A stretch of 59,511 nucleotides of DNA, filler included, from Sphacelaria rigidula (taxonomy: Eukaryota), in assembly GCA_964200075.2 (NCBI GenBank). It is 10 parts of 10 records of this genome, joined end to end, with 100 filler letters (N's around TTAATTAATTAA, not from the genome) between each part and the next. Parts side by side here need not be neighbours in the genome. Positions count along the whole stretch, not along the records: positions 5,963 to 11,823 come from CAXNAA020023899.1; positions 11,924 to 17,784 come from CAXNAA020023900.1; positions 17,885 to 23,745 come from CAXNAA020023901.1; 7 more parts are not named here. One strand, 5' to 3'. Made by a program: the position numbers and the translations under genes. The notes beneath the pieces were generated by a model that was not told the origin of the DNA, ran no database searches, and saw only the letters and a list, made by a program, of their open reading frames with translations. Every line of letters starts with the position of its first letter. The stretch's first letter is position 1. Positions 11,555-21,605 of the stretch are shown piece by piece.

Positions 11555-11720
11555 CACACCCTTGACAATATATGGTCAATAGATACAATAGACGAGAAGT
11601 GTACTGCATGAAGTATAGGCCTATCGCGACTATTGTCGACAATAGTCGCGATAGGCCTATACTTTATGCAGTACGTTTCTTGTCTATTGAAACTATTGAC
11701 CATATATTGTCCAAGGTGTG
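11555..11720. mobile_element. Spacer-less palindromic foldback element with 8-bp TSD (hAT- or P-like)
   Basis: CACACC...GGTGTG ends, perfect 54-bp core 11611-11664 centred on GTC|GAC, and ATATTTTT on both flanks (11547-11554, 11721-11728). Confidence 0.85.
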
Positions 11721-13481
11721 ATATTTTTCAAGGATCGGACAAATAATGATTCGTCTGGAGATTACTTGGTTTTAGTATCATGAGTCGATCGTGACGAATC
11801 AATCCCTAGGCCTTATTTCAGCGNNNNNNNNNNNNNNNNNNNNNNNNNNNNNNNNNNNNNNNNNNNNTTAATTAATTAANNNNNNNNNNNNNNNNNNNNN
11901 NNNNNNNNNNNNNNNNNNNNNNNAGCATTCAGGGTTTTTGTAAGCTTGATAAGAATCACGTCTCAAATTTTCAGATCCGAACTCGAAAAATTGAGCGGGG
12001 CAGAGCGAAATCAAGCTTTTTTCAGCTTCTTGCCCGGCCCAGCTCGTAGTCATCGCAGGAGCACGCGCGGGATCAATTAGCACGCGAGGTTGTCTGTTCC
12101 GGACGCCGCATTGCGGACAAGTCCAGTTCGATAATTGTACTGATTGCACCGTCCAATCGTGGATCTAGAAGCGTCCATCATGTTTGATAGTGGTGAAACA
12201 TTCGCGTCGTGTACGCGCCGCCTGTTTGAAACCACACCCAAACGACAAATGCGTGAAGCCGAGAAATAGACTAAACGTTGAATTGTTGGTCGCCCTTAGA
12301 ACCTCGTTTCGGAAACACTAGCACGTGCTGCCAGCATGTCGAACGTCCACAAAACGGGGCATCAACAGTATCGCAGCAGATGAACCTACTCGCCTCGATA
12401 ATCAAAACCCACTTTCACGTCTGCACACATACTTGTCTTCCTAGTCGGCTCCCCAAAGAAAACCACTCAACCGCTCTCCTGACCAACTTCACGGAGAACC
12501 GGGCTTATTTCTTTCCATCTTTACAACCAGCCCGTCGTTGGCACAAAATTCCCCAATCTAGAACCGTTGATGTTCGTTTGTGTTGCCGTGAGGAAACGTA
12601 GACATCCGTTCGTGTGCATACAGTCACTTCCACCATCAACAACAACCCAATTCGAAACGGTAATAATTTATCCGACAGGGGCTTCGCTGCTACGGCCAAG
12701 TGAGATTGCAGTAAAACACACACCATTCACAGTGAAAAGAGGGTGGATGGCCATACAATACGAGAGCACTGATTTCGGAATAGTTGTTCACGCAATCTTG
12801 TAGGAAAGATCCGTACACTTTGAACCAACCCGTGCCCGCTGTGATGGAAGCCATACTGAAAAAAGAGACCCACCCGCGGAAAGAAAACGACTCGAAGCCG
12901 CACCATTGTTGGCGAGCAAGAAGCCAAATACCAGGAACACAATCGTCCGTGCTGTCATCTATCCTACAATATAAATTATCATCAAGGGTGAAATGAAAAC
13001 GCAAAACTCAACGCAAGTCTCCCCTCGATCAAATCTTAGCCCACATCCTCAGGAGATATGCCAAATGAATGAAAGCCGATATTTTTCGCCCACCCTTCTC
13101 CCTTCCCCCGCCTTCCATATTATGGTGCTCACTCGGTAAAAACCCACACACAACGATATATGGAGGGCACAATTTCATAATAGCCAGGGACACTGTACAG
13201 TAAAAAAGCCACCGAAATGATGTCGCTCATGCACCCGCACGTACAAAAGGTGGCCAAGAAACAAAACATTCAGAAACACGGAGACAAACAACATATCAAT
13301 CAACCGATCAAGCCAACCACCAAATCAAACCGAAAATAGCAAAACTAACACTCGAACGGCAACAAGTAGAACTACTGGGAGCTCTAGTTCCCTCGTTCGC
13401 TCCGATCTTCCTTTCGAAGTGAAACAAATTGAAAAGGTCCATTACTGCCGTGTTTACCGTATATCGAAGCATTCTCTAAAT

Positions 13482-13841
13482 TCAGCCATCTCCCTCGTCG
13501 CCCTCACTGCTCCCATCCCCTGAATCCTTGGCCACAGGATGGACGGCCCTCTGCAGAACATACACTGAGTACTTGAACGTGACGCCCATCAAAATACCCA
13601 GCTTCTGTTTTCGTGGGACCTGCGCCTCCCACATCCACAGCAGCATGATTACCCCCAAAAAGGCCCCCATGGCGAAGCCAAACATGAAGTCGCGCGTCGC
13701 ACCGGCAGATCCTTCCTCGTCGGAGAGACCATCCAACCCCCCCAAAGAGCCCCGCCCGGACCCCCGCCTCGCCATGCTGACGTTTAACGCGAACTCTGAC
13801 GTAGGTGGCTGTGCTGCCATCCAGCGGTCCTCGTTCTCGAG
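13482..13841 (-). CDS. Dsc3-like (DUF2407-type) ubiquitin-like membrane protein, last exon
   Basis: LENEDRWM...DFMFGFAMGAFLGVIMLLWMW...RKQKLGILMGV is a Dsc3-type C-terminal TM hairpin. cag acceptor, TGA stop. Confidence 0.85.
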   Translation of the reverse strand, partial: LENEDRWMAAQPPTSEFALNVSMARRGSGRGSLGGLDGLSDEEGSAGATRDFMFGFAMGAFLGVIMLLWMWEAQVPRKQKLGILMGVTFKYSVYVLQRAVHPVAKDSGDGSSEGDEGDG

Positions 13842-14325
13842 CTGCGTCGGGAGCGTGCGTGTGGAAAAATGCGTGTGCGCTTATGTTGGTAGATTCGCGC
13901 GAGATGTAAGTGGTTTACGATTCCCCAGGTTTGCGTACATGGAGAGTACTCACACAGCGAACGGACAGAGGGATCGGGTTCCTTTTGCCAGAGATGTGAC
14001 ATCAAGCCCACACGTTGCGTAATGTCGGTTGTGGGCAGAACAGAACACATGGGCGAGGTAGTGGACCGCATTCACGTCAGCTAGGCTGCTTCATCAACAC
14101 CACGTCAAACGTATCATGGCCATGTTATGAGGGGCGAGCGGATGTTTGCAGGTAGCGTAGAGTGGAACATGGGGGTACCAGGTGATGACAAAACGGGATC
14201 ATATGGGGATAAACTCAAGTTCAAAAACCCAAAATCAGGAATGCTAAATATCACAGTATTGCACACTCGTAACCTGCGTTGCAGCGCATCATCTTGCAGT
14301 CACATATTTAGATACAACCACTGAC

Positions 14326-14382
14326 CTGTCGGTCCCAATCGGTTTCTCCCTCACGCTCGGGAATCGGATTTGCAGCTGCGAA
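14326..14382 (-). CDS. Dsc3-like protein, 57-nt exon (FAAANPIPEREGETDWDRQ)
   Basis: cag|TTC...CAG|gtcagt, phase 0/0, joins both neighbouring exons in frame. Not shown in the ORF track. Confidence 0.8.
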
Positions 14383-14977
14383 CTGCCGCAACAACAAAAG
14401 AACGGGATCATGCAATGAAGCGGGAGAAAAACAAGGGGTTGCATAAAAGAGGGCAGAGGCGTGTGTGGGACCACATGCACGACAAACGAGTCTTTTTGTG
14501 GGGTTGTGCGTGGGTAGGATTCTATCCGACGACGACTATTACGTTACAGCGATACATGTGCGAAAATATTGGGGGTTGCGTCCCTAGGGGTCAGGCGAGA
14601 GCTCAAGCCCAATCGCACGCGCGTCAACCGTTCATCTGATAATAGCCTATGTACCATACGTTTACAGCCTAGGACGGGCAAAATGCAGCGTAAAAAAATA
14701 GGTTCCGAACCCCCCACCTACCGTTTACCTGATAATCTCAGCTGAATATAGACAACGTATTTAATTGCACTTAAATGGCAGTATTCTGTTCAATACACAC
14801 TCAAGACATGAATAAATCATCTGCACTCGATGGAAAGGGGACCCTGCTCTGCGTACAGAATAATGTAAAATCAGAATATATTTAACCTTTATATAATGGT
14901 ATAATGATCCATTATTTCGTGCATGAACATGTATGTAGAGTAATCGGGGACCCCGGTGGTTACATTTGCTCGCTCAC

Positions 14978-15094
14978 CTCTCGAACTTGGGAGCTAAAGT
15001 ACCCCCTGATGGCCGTGACTTCCCCGCGTGTCATACCATTCCCGCGTAACGAATCGAACCCTCGCCGGGTGCTAGGATCATCGTCTTCTCCCTC
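14978..15094 (-). CDS. Dsc3-like protein, exon with RGFDxL motif
   Basis: EGEDDDPSTRRGFDSLRGNGMTRGEVTAIRGYFSSQVRE; cag acceptor, gtgagc donor; 117 nt. Confidence 0.85.
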
Positions 15095-15521
15095 CTGTTT
15101 GTCGGATCCCGGAGAAAATGTTATCGTTTCGTCATAAGCACGTCGTGTCATATTGGCAGTTGACCCTGTAACATTGTTTCAGGAAAAGCATGCCTTCTCA
15201 GAAAACCTTCCGAATGTCGAAAATCTCAAAGTTCTGCACCCGAGCAAGTCACGTTCACCCGAAACCCGCAGCAGCTTGCCAGCTCCAATTTTTACTCAGC
15301 TGCAGGACCAGCAACAGCACCAGCATCATGGGGTACACTTATGGATACACCTAGCGAGCCCCATGCACGAACATCATCGTCTGTGCAGAAAATTCTGCAC
15401 AGCAGCAACCACGATCATCAGGACATACACGGATGACGACGAAACACTGCAACTGATAGCACCGACTAGTGAAAACCAACACTGGATGACGACACAACAC
15501 TACGTATCGAAGCACACGCAC

Positions 15522-15728
15522 CTCATCTTCGGCGGCTTGCTCCACCGGCGTGAGGGAGGGAAGGCGTAGACGTGGTGGTGCCGCGGTGACAACGCAGTGG
15601 ACGTAGCAGTTTTCCGTGAGGCCGAATTCCTTGACTACTGATTCGTCGGGTGAAAGCATCTTTCCGGCAGCGATGAGTCGCAAGTACTTGCCTTCCGCGT
15701 TAATGACTTTCGACACGTCTTCTTTAAA
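15522..15728 (-). CDS. Dsc3-like protein, ubiquitin-like domain exon
   Basis: FKEDVSKVINAEGKYLRLIAAGKMLSPDESVVKEFGLTENCYVHCVV has the UBL RLIxxGKxL...VHCVV pattern. 207 nt, cag/gtgcgt. Upstream exon(s) not identified. Confidence 0.88.
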
Positions 15729-15977
15729 CTGCGCACGAACAATACGAGACCGGGAGTGTGGTGCGTGCGGTAAGTTGAGAAAACAGAGGAAGCGTCAAGA
15801 CATGAACGAATCACAGCCTGGGCAACACAACACGCCTCTAATATATATCGATCGGTCATCTTTAGACATGGCCATATAGTGCCGGCGTAGTATTCACTTG
15901 CACCCTGGGATTGCAGACATATTGCCCGCCCAATACATATATTCCTACTATGGTAGTACACACATATTGTCCCATCG

Positions 15978-15998
15978 ATATATATATATATATATATA
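15978..15998. repeat. (AT)n microsatellite
   Basis: About 10 AT units. Confidence 0.9.
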
Positions 15999-16402
15999 TT
16001 GGAGCCGTGTGGGCGACGACTTATTGCACGACCAATATACAGAGGGGTCGTGTGGGTGATAACATGTTGCCTGGTCAATATATTTTGAGTCATGTGGGTG
16101 GAAACATGCTGGCCGGTCAAAATATACTGGAGCCGTATGGGTATATATAGGTCAATGCAGCGTGTGCGACAATGTATCACCCAACCAAAAAACATTTGGC
16201 GGGCAAATCGATGTCGACTCTATGTTCCACCGAACTATAACATCCAAGTACTGCACTCTGCCGCGTCCTGGAAGGCATCCCGTCCAGTGAATCTCTTATT
16301 CAATGTTATCTGGAAGACACCTCTTTGCAGTGACACATCAGAGATTGATGCCACACATGTATGAAGCACCAGCGCATGCAAGTACAAGGTAGGAGAGGTC
16401 AA

Positions 16403-16500
16403 CCCTTCGACGACGAGAGTAGGTCGTCTGTTAAATCGGCATCAACTTCACTTCGGAAAGGTATGCGTGGTCCAGATGGACTACCCTCGCGGTTTGGGGG
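16403..16500. mobile_element. piggyBac-type MITE unit (diverged)
   Basis: TCAA|CCCTTCGAC...AATCGGCATCAACTTCACTT...CCAGATGGACTACCCTCGCGGTTTGGGGG|TCAA. Confidence 0.65.
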
Positions 16501-16826
16501 TCAATTTACCGCTTGAAAGTGTGAGAAATCTCTCGGGAATTTATAATTTCGAAGAAACTATAAAACCCTTGCCCTAACCCCGAAAAAGGCACACCGAGAA
16601 CCTTCGGGCAAAGGGTTCGAAGTGTTCGTTGTGCAAAGTGTGCATTGCCAGACCTCAAATCGGCGCCCCAGGAGTCGGTTTCGACAAAAACGTGTTCTGC
16701 GCATGCTAGGATCACGCTTGGAGCACAGCCCTGATGAAGATCCGGATTTCGCTGTCCACACTAGAATCAAGTCCAATTGAAAAATCAACCATGATACCCT
16801 CCCAATTGGTGAACTATTCTGGGGTA

Positions 16827-17072
16827 GGAACGGTCCAAAAGGACCAGAATACCAGGACCCTGTAAGGCATCAGGACAACATCTCAAACGACAGACACACA
16901 AGTAGGTTTCTGTTTACCCAAGCGGTACGCCTCCCTCATATTTGGCGACACCCGTAAAAAAACTCACGCAAGACTGACCGTGAAGGAAAAATCGACTTTG
17001 CACCATGACGAAGAGGAAACCATTTCACTGGTGACACAGGGTCCTGGTATTCTGATCCTTTCGGACCGTTCC
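16827..17072. mobile_element. MITE with ~37-bp TIR, TA-flanked
   Basis: TA|GGAACGGTCCAAAAGGACCAGAATACCAGGACCCTGT ... ACAGGGTCCTGGTATTCTGATCCTTTCGGACCGTTCC|TA. Confidence 0.75.
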
Positions 17073-17248
17073 TACCTTGTACCTGCATGCGCTAGTTCTT
17101 CATACATGTGTGGCATCAATCTCTGATGTGTCACTGCAAAGAGGTGTCTTTCACAGTTATTCAAGAAGTAAAGTCGTATTTTGTTGGCGTGCAGGGTGTT
17201 ATACGAGTGTCCTTTCGAATCATTCCGAGAGAAAGGAAAGAAATGAGA

Positions 17249-17458
17249 AGACTGCGATGCGGGTAGTCCATCTGGATAACGCATACCTTTTTCGAGTGAA
17301 ATGATGCCGATTCAGCAAGTTACCTACCCTTGCGGTCAAGCGGTTAACCCTTAGACCGCGATGGGGGTAGTCCAAGTCCATCTTGATCACGCATACTTTT
17401 TTCAGGTGAAGTTGATGCCGATTCAGCAGGTGACCTACCCACGCAGTTCAAGGGTCGA
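17249..17458. mobile_element. Two piggyBac-type MITE units sharing one TTAA
   Basis: Junction GCGGTCAAGCGG|TTAA|CCCTTAGACCGCG at ~17344. Both units carry TGATGCCGATTCAGCA. Confidence 0.75.
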
Positions 17459-18489
17459 GTCGTTCCCTCCGATATACCTCTGTTTTTCAGGTCGTTTCAC
17501 AGTAAACAGACGGCAAAAAATGCGGGTCGATACGCCTCCTTGACCTCCATAGTCAAGTCACCGGCGTTATGTTGCTTATGCCCTGGACAATACAAAATGT
17601 TCCAAAACGACACCAATATCTTCAACCGCGTAAGTATCATCCTCACAGTATATTGTCTCTTCAGATATTGAAGCGACAACACATATTTGAGTAATGCTAC
17701 GGTAAGGGTTCTCCGTTCCCCGTCCTCCGACCAAGGCCATGACCGGTCTTGTCGGTACGGCGTGGGGAGGGTCTTTTCGGCGCGNNNNNNNNNNNNNNNN
17801 NNNNNNNNNNNNNNNNNNNNNNNNNNNNTTAATTAATTAANNNNNNNNNNNNNNNNNNNNNNNNNNNNNNNNNNNNNNNNNNNNACAGGTGCATCCTTTG
17901 AGGGAACTCTCTGTTACGGGTTGCATGACCACAGGGATTTGGTCACCCCCCTGCGCTTGTCGAGCACAGCTGACCGACAGTGAGGACGTTTGCCCACGTG
18001 TGTGCCTTGTTGAACTCGCCAACGGCTCATTCCACGGTCTTGGTTTTGCTGGTGACTAAGGCGAAGGCAATGTTCAATTGTTTTCAAATGCTTTGCTTTC
18101 ATGTGCTCGTGACATTCGCTACACAACCGCTGTCTTCGTACTCCCGAATCAACGAGGACGCAAAAAAATCACCCGCCATGAACAGACTTTTGTGGTTCGG
18201 GTTCTTGTTCGAAGTTTTCCATGATGAGGCTATTGTGGTTCGGGATCGACACCCCGCAAACAAATGCCAGTGTGGGCGACTTTCGATGGCCAGAACACGC
18301 GCCACAGGTATCAGATGACACCTAAACCTGGAAGGTAATATACCGCTGCACCTACTGCAAAAGAAAGCGCGTGATAAGATGCCTTGCCGCATGAGGAAAC
18401 TCGGCAAAAGTGGTGAAAAAAGTGGAATGATACATGTACACATATGAAGGAGAAGAATATGTATAGTATAGACCAATAATATTGACTTA

Positions 18490-18715
18490 TGTTACATGAA
18501 ATATAATATGCGATATGTAATATATGAAATATAATGTATAAGATATAGTATATGAAATATAATGTATAAGATATAGCAATATAATATATGAAATATTATA
18601 TATGAAATATTATATACAAAATATTATATACGAAATGTAATATATCAAAAATATTGTATCAAATATAATATATGAAATACAATATATGAAATACAAAATA
18701 TGATATATAATATAG
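18490..18715. repeat. AT-rich degenerate minisatellite (TATGAAATAT(A/T)ATA-like)
   Basis: Repeated short units with very low GC. Confidence 0.85.
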
Positions 18716-19003
18716 ATGGATCTCGAATGTCTACGGCAGCTAACCGCATCCGCCAACGCTTCGGCAAAAAACCAGGGTACACACGGCTGGGTTCCCCCCC
18801 CCCAAAAAAAAAAAACCTCGAATTTTCGATCTTGGGGCCTACGTGTCCCGAATTATTTTTTCAGCTGCCCCTTGGTTCTTCGAAGGTCTTTTGTAATGTG
18901 GTCCATGATGATAGCTATACAAAATGGGAGCAATGGGAAGAAACTCAGCGAGGGAGAGAGAGAAGAAGATAATCTGCTGTACTGTACTGTCGTACATGGT
19001 ACC

Positions 19004-19367
19004 GTGTGTGTGTGTGTGTGTGTTATCGTCCCATGTATTCTGGGCGCCAGTCTACCCCTTTCGGAATATGTGGGCGCATCAGCCGGGGCCACACAGGAGG
19101 ACGGTCAACACAGGAGCTTTTTATTTATTTATTTTTAGTACCCCGCCTTCCTTCTGCGGTGCATGCCTTTTATTATTTGTCGCGAGAGGGGTTCAGCTGT
19201 CCCTTTCCCTCGTCGACCGTTACGTCGACTTTTGTGTACCCACGACATCGCGGCTCTCCGCTGTTGAGCATGGTACAAGAATAAATCCCAGATCGCTCCG
19301 GGAATCAAACCCCACAACTCAACCATTAGAAGGTTACGAGGTTACTAACTGAGCCACCGGGGCGACC
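19004..19367 (-). mobile_element. tRNA-derived SINE, full length, (CA)n tail
   Basis: Minus strand reads GGTCGCCCCGGTGGCTCAGTTAGTAAC (A box), CTTCTAA, GGTTTGATTCCC (B box). Colinear with the copies at 33611 and 54271. Confidence 0.88.
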
Positions 19368-20459
19368 ATGCCACGTAGCTGTGCTTTCTTTATCTATATA
19401 CAACCACCTTCAGGGCGAGTCGTCTGTTGCGCATTGGCATAATTTTGACTTGGGAGATTAAGGCAAAATCCAGATTTCCCACCGTGGAGGCCGAAAGGTT
19501 CACTTTCAGAGCTAGGGGCAGAACGAGTTCTCGTTCTCCGAAGGTTTTTGTAATCTGGTCCATGGTGATACCCACAGGTCACGGGAGCAATGGAAAGGAA
19601 CGCACGGGTGGACGGGAGAGAAGACAACACTCTACTGAACTGTACCGTACTGCGTCGTACTGCATTGTCCTGTACTGTACTGGGCCTTGTTCGACTTTGT
19701 TCATCTATTACAACCACCTTCAGTGCGAGTCATCTGCTGTGTATTGGCACAACTTTGACTTGAAAGATGAACGTAAGACACAGAAGACCCACCATGGGGG
19801 CTCACAGGTTCAACGTTTGACAAGGGTTTTGTGTGATCTGATCATTGGTGGTGCCCATAGAGGAAGGGAAGGAAAACAGCGGGGGGAGATACGAGACAAC
19901 ACTGCACTGAACCACACAGCTTTTGTACTCTATTGTACCTCTGTTGCTGTTGTACACTGATTTAATTCGGCTTTGTCTATACGAGCTGGTCTGGCAGTGA
20001 ACCCAGCAATCTCTGTCGTCACCACAACTCTTCACGTTTCCCAAATCAGCACGACCTGAGCATATCGCTGTGAACTGTAGACTAACCTGGTGAAACAGGG
20101 CACCGCCGCTGCTCGATTAGTGCACTTTCGGCGATGATATTATTGTACTGCATTGAGTACCGAGTACGTCCCAATAAAATGCTGTCAGGAGACGTTTCGT
20201 TCAATAAAATGCTGTGGAATGACGATAGACCGTTGCGCCGCATAGGCACACGCACACATGACATGCCCAGGCAAGAGCACATTGGTCGTGCTGCAAGATG
20301 GCATCAAGCTTCTCATAAGCTCCACAATGAGAGAAACTTCCGAGCCAACTATCGTATATCACTGCACGAGGGAGAAGCACTACTTGAAGCTGCGCTATAC
20401 CCCCTCAAAAAGCGGGACCATCACCAAAACATCGAGATCCTTTGCAACCCGGAGGTACG

Positions 20460-20567
20460 AGTGCGTATGCACGATCAGTGTGCATACAAAAATGTTCTTG
20501 CGTCGGGATTCGAACTCGTGACCTGTGTCATTTGAGGCTGTTGTATCAGTCTGACCACCGGGGTCAC
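20460..20567 (-). mobile_element. Degenerate tRNA-like SINE head with a different body
   Basis: Minus strand GACCCCGGTGGTCAG...GAGTTCGAATCCCG (B box). A similar B-box fragment lies at ~10694-10765 (-). Confidence 0.45.
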
Positions 20568-21209
20568 ACAAGAAGTGCCACGCGGAGCCCAATTATACGT
20601 ATTTTTGGCTGAAAATTTACAAGGATGTGGTTGACGCGAGTGCCTGTATGTGCCGCAGCGTTGTCATCGTTTTTATCAATTTGTGAAGAAGTCATAGCGT
20701 TTTCCCTGTTTTTGCTGAAACTTCAACTCACTCTAACTCCCGTTTTATTTATTTTTCCTCTGCACCCCTCGCAGGGTCGTGTCAAAATTTCAGCGCCAAA
20801 CTATTCGAATTGCCAAAAGCATCTCCACTCTTCGTTTAAAAGTCACTGATGGCCGGCCCAGCTCGTAGTCACCCCGAGGGTGAGTCATCTCATCGAAGAA
20901 TCTTTACTTGAAAAATGAATAATCAGGATGACCATGAGCACTGCACCTGCGGCAGTGTGTGTAGCGTGCGCGGAAGGCCTTCTGGGGTTCTCTTGGAACC
21001 GATCGGACGGATCTTTTGTTTCCGATTGGCTAGCTTGATTTGTCCATCATGAAGAGCCAGGACACTTTGGGAGGGAAAGTTCTATATGTTTTGTAAGCGA
21101 TTCGCATATATGACTGTCAGCTGGGGCCGTTGAAGCAGTTGATTCGTGAAGCTTGTAGGATCGCCCATTCCCAACATGGACTTATATTTCGAACCATGTC
21201 GCGTTGCAG

Positions 21210-21605
21210 GATGTCGAAGGTGCAAAGAAAGAAGCTGAGTTCCTAGTGCGTAATGCACTGCTGCATGAGGTGGAAGGCTCCTTCTACGTGCACGACCTGC
21301 TGTTGGACTTCGTCAAACTGAAGTGTACAAGCAAGGGGATGCGGGGGTTGGTCGAGGATGCGGTGAGGCGCCAAGCGCAGTACTTGGGCCAACCGTCCGT
21401 GGTCCGAGAGTTCGACAAGGAAAGCGAAGGGCTAAGCACGAACATGTACGCGCTAATTCGTTTGTGGCGGTCACTGGAGGCCCTGTCCGGCAATCAGCAG
21501 CTGGAGGTTGAGACGTATAGGGCTAGTGTGGGGGAGTTGGATCGAGCTGAGTCCACGGACGATGCTAATGATTATTCGCTGATCGGGAGACTGTACTATT
21601 TGCAG
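21210..21605 (+). CDS. NB-ARC(-TPR) STAND NTPase, winged-helix/MHD exon leading into the TPR region
   Basis: 396-nt exon, cag|GAT...CAG|gtgagc. FLVRNALL...FYVHDLLLDFVK is an MHD-type motif. The end, IGRLYYLQ|, resembles the phase-0 junction before TPR exons in brown algal NB-ARC-TPR genes. Confidence 0.8.

Noticed and set aside
20258..20521. PGKSTL as the P-loop of the neighbouring NB-ARC gene
   Set aside because: It lacks the GxxGxGK context and the preceding hydrophobic strand, has no convincing splice sites, and runs into a SINE fragment.
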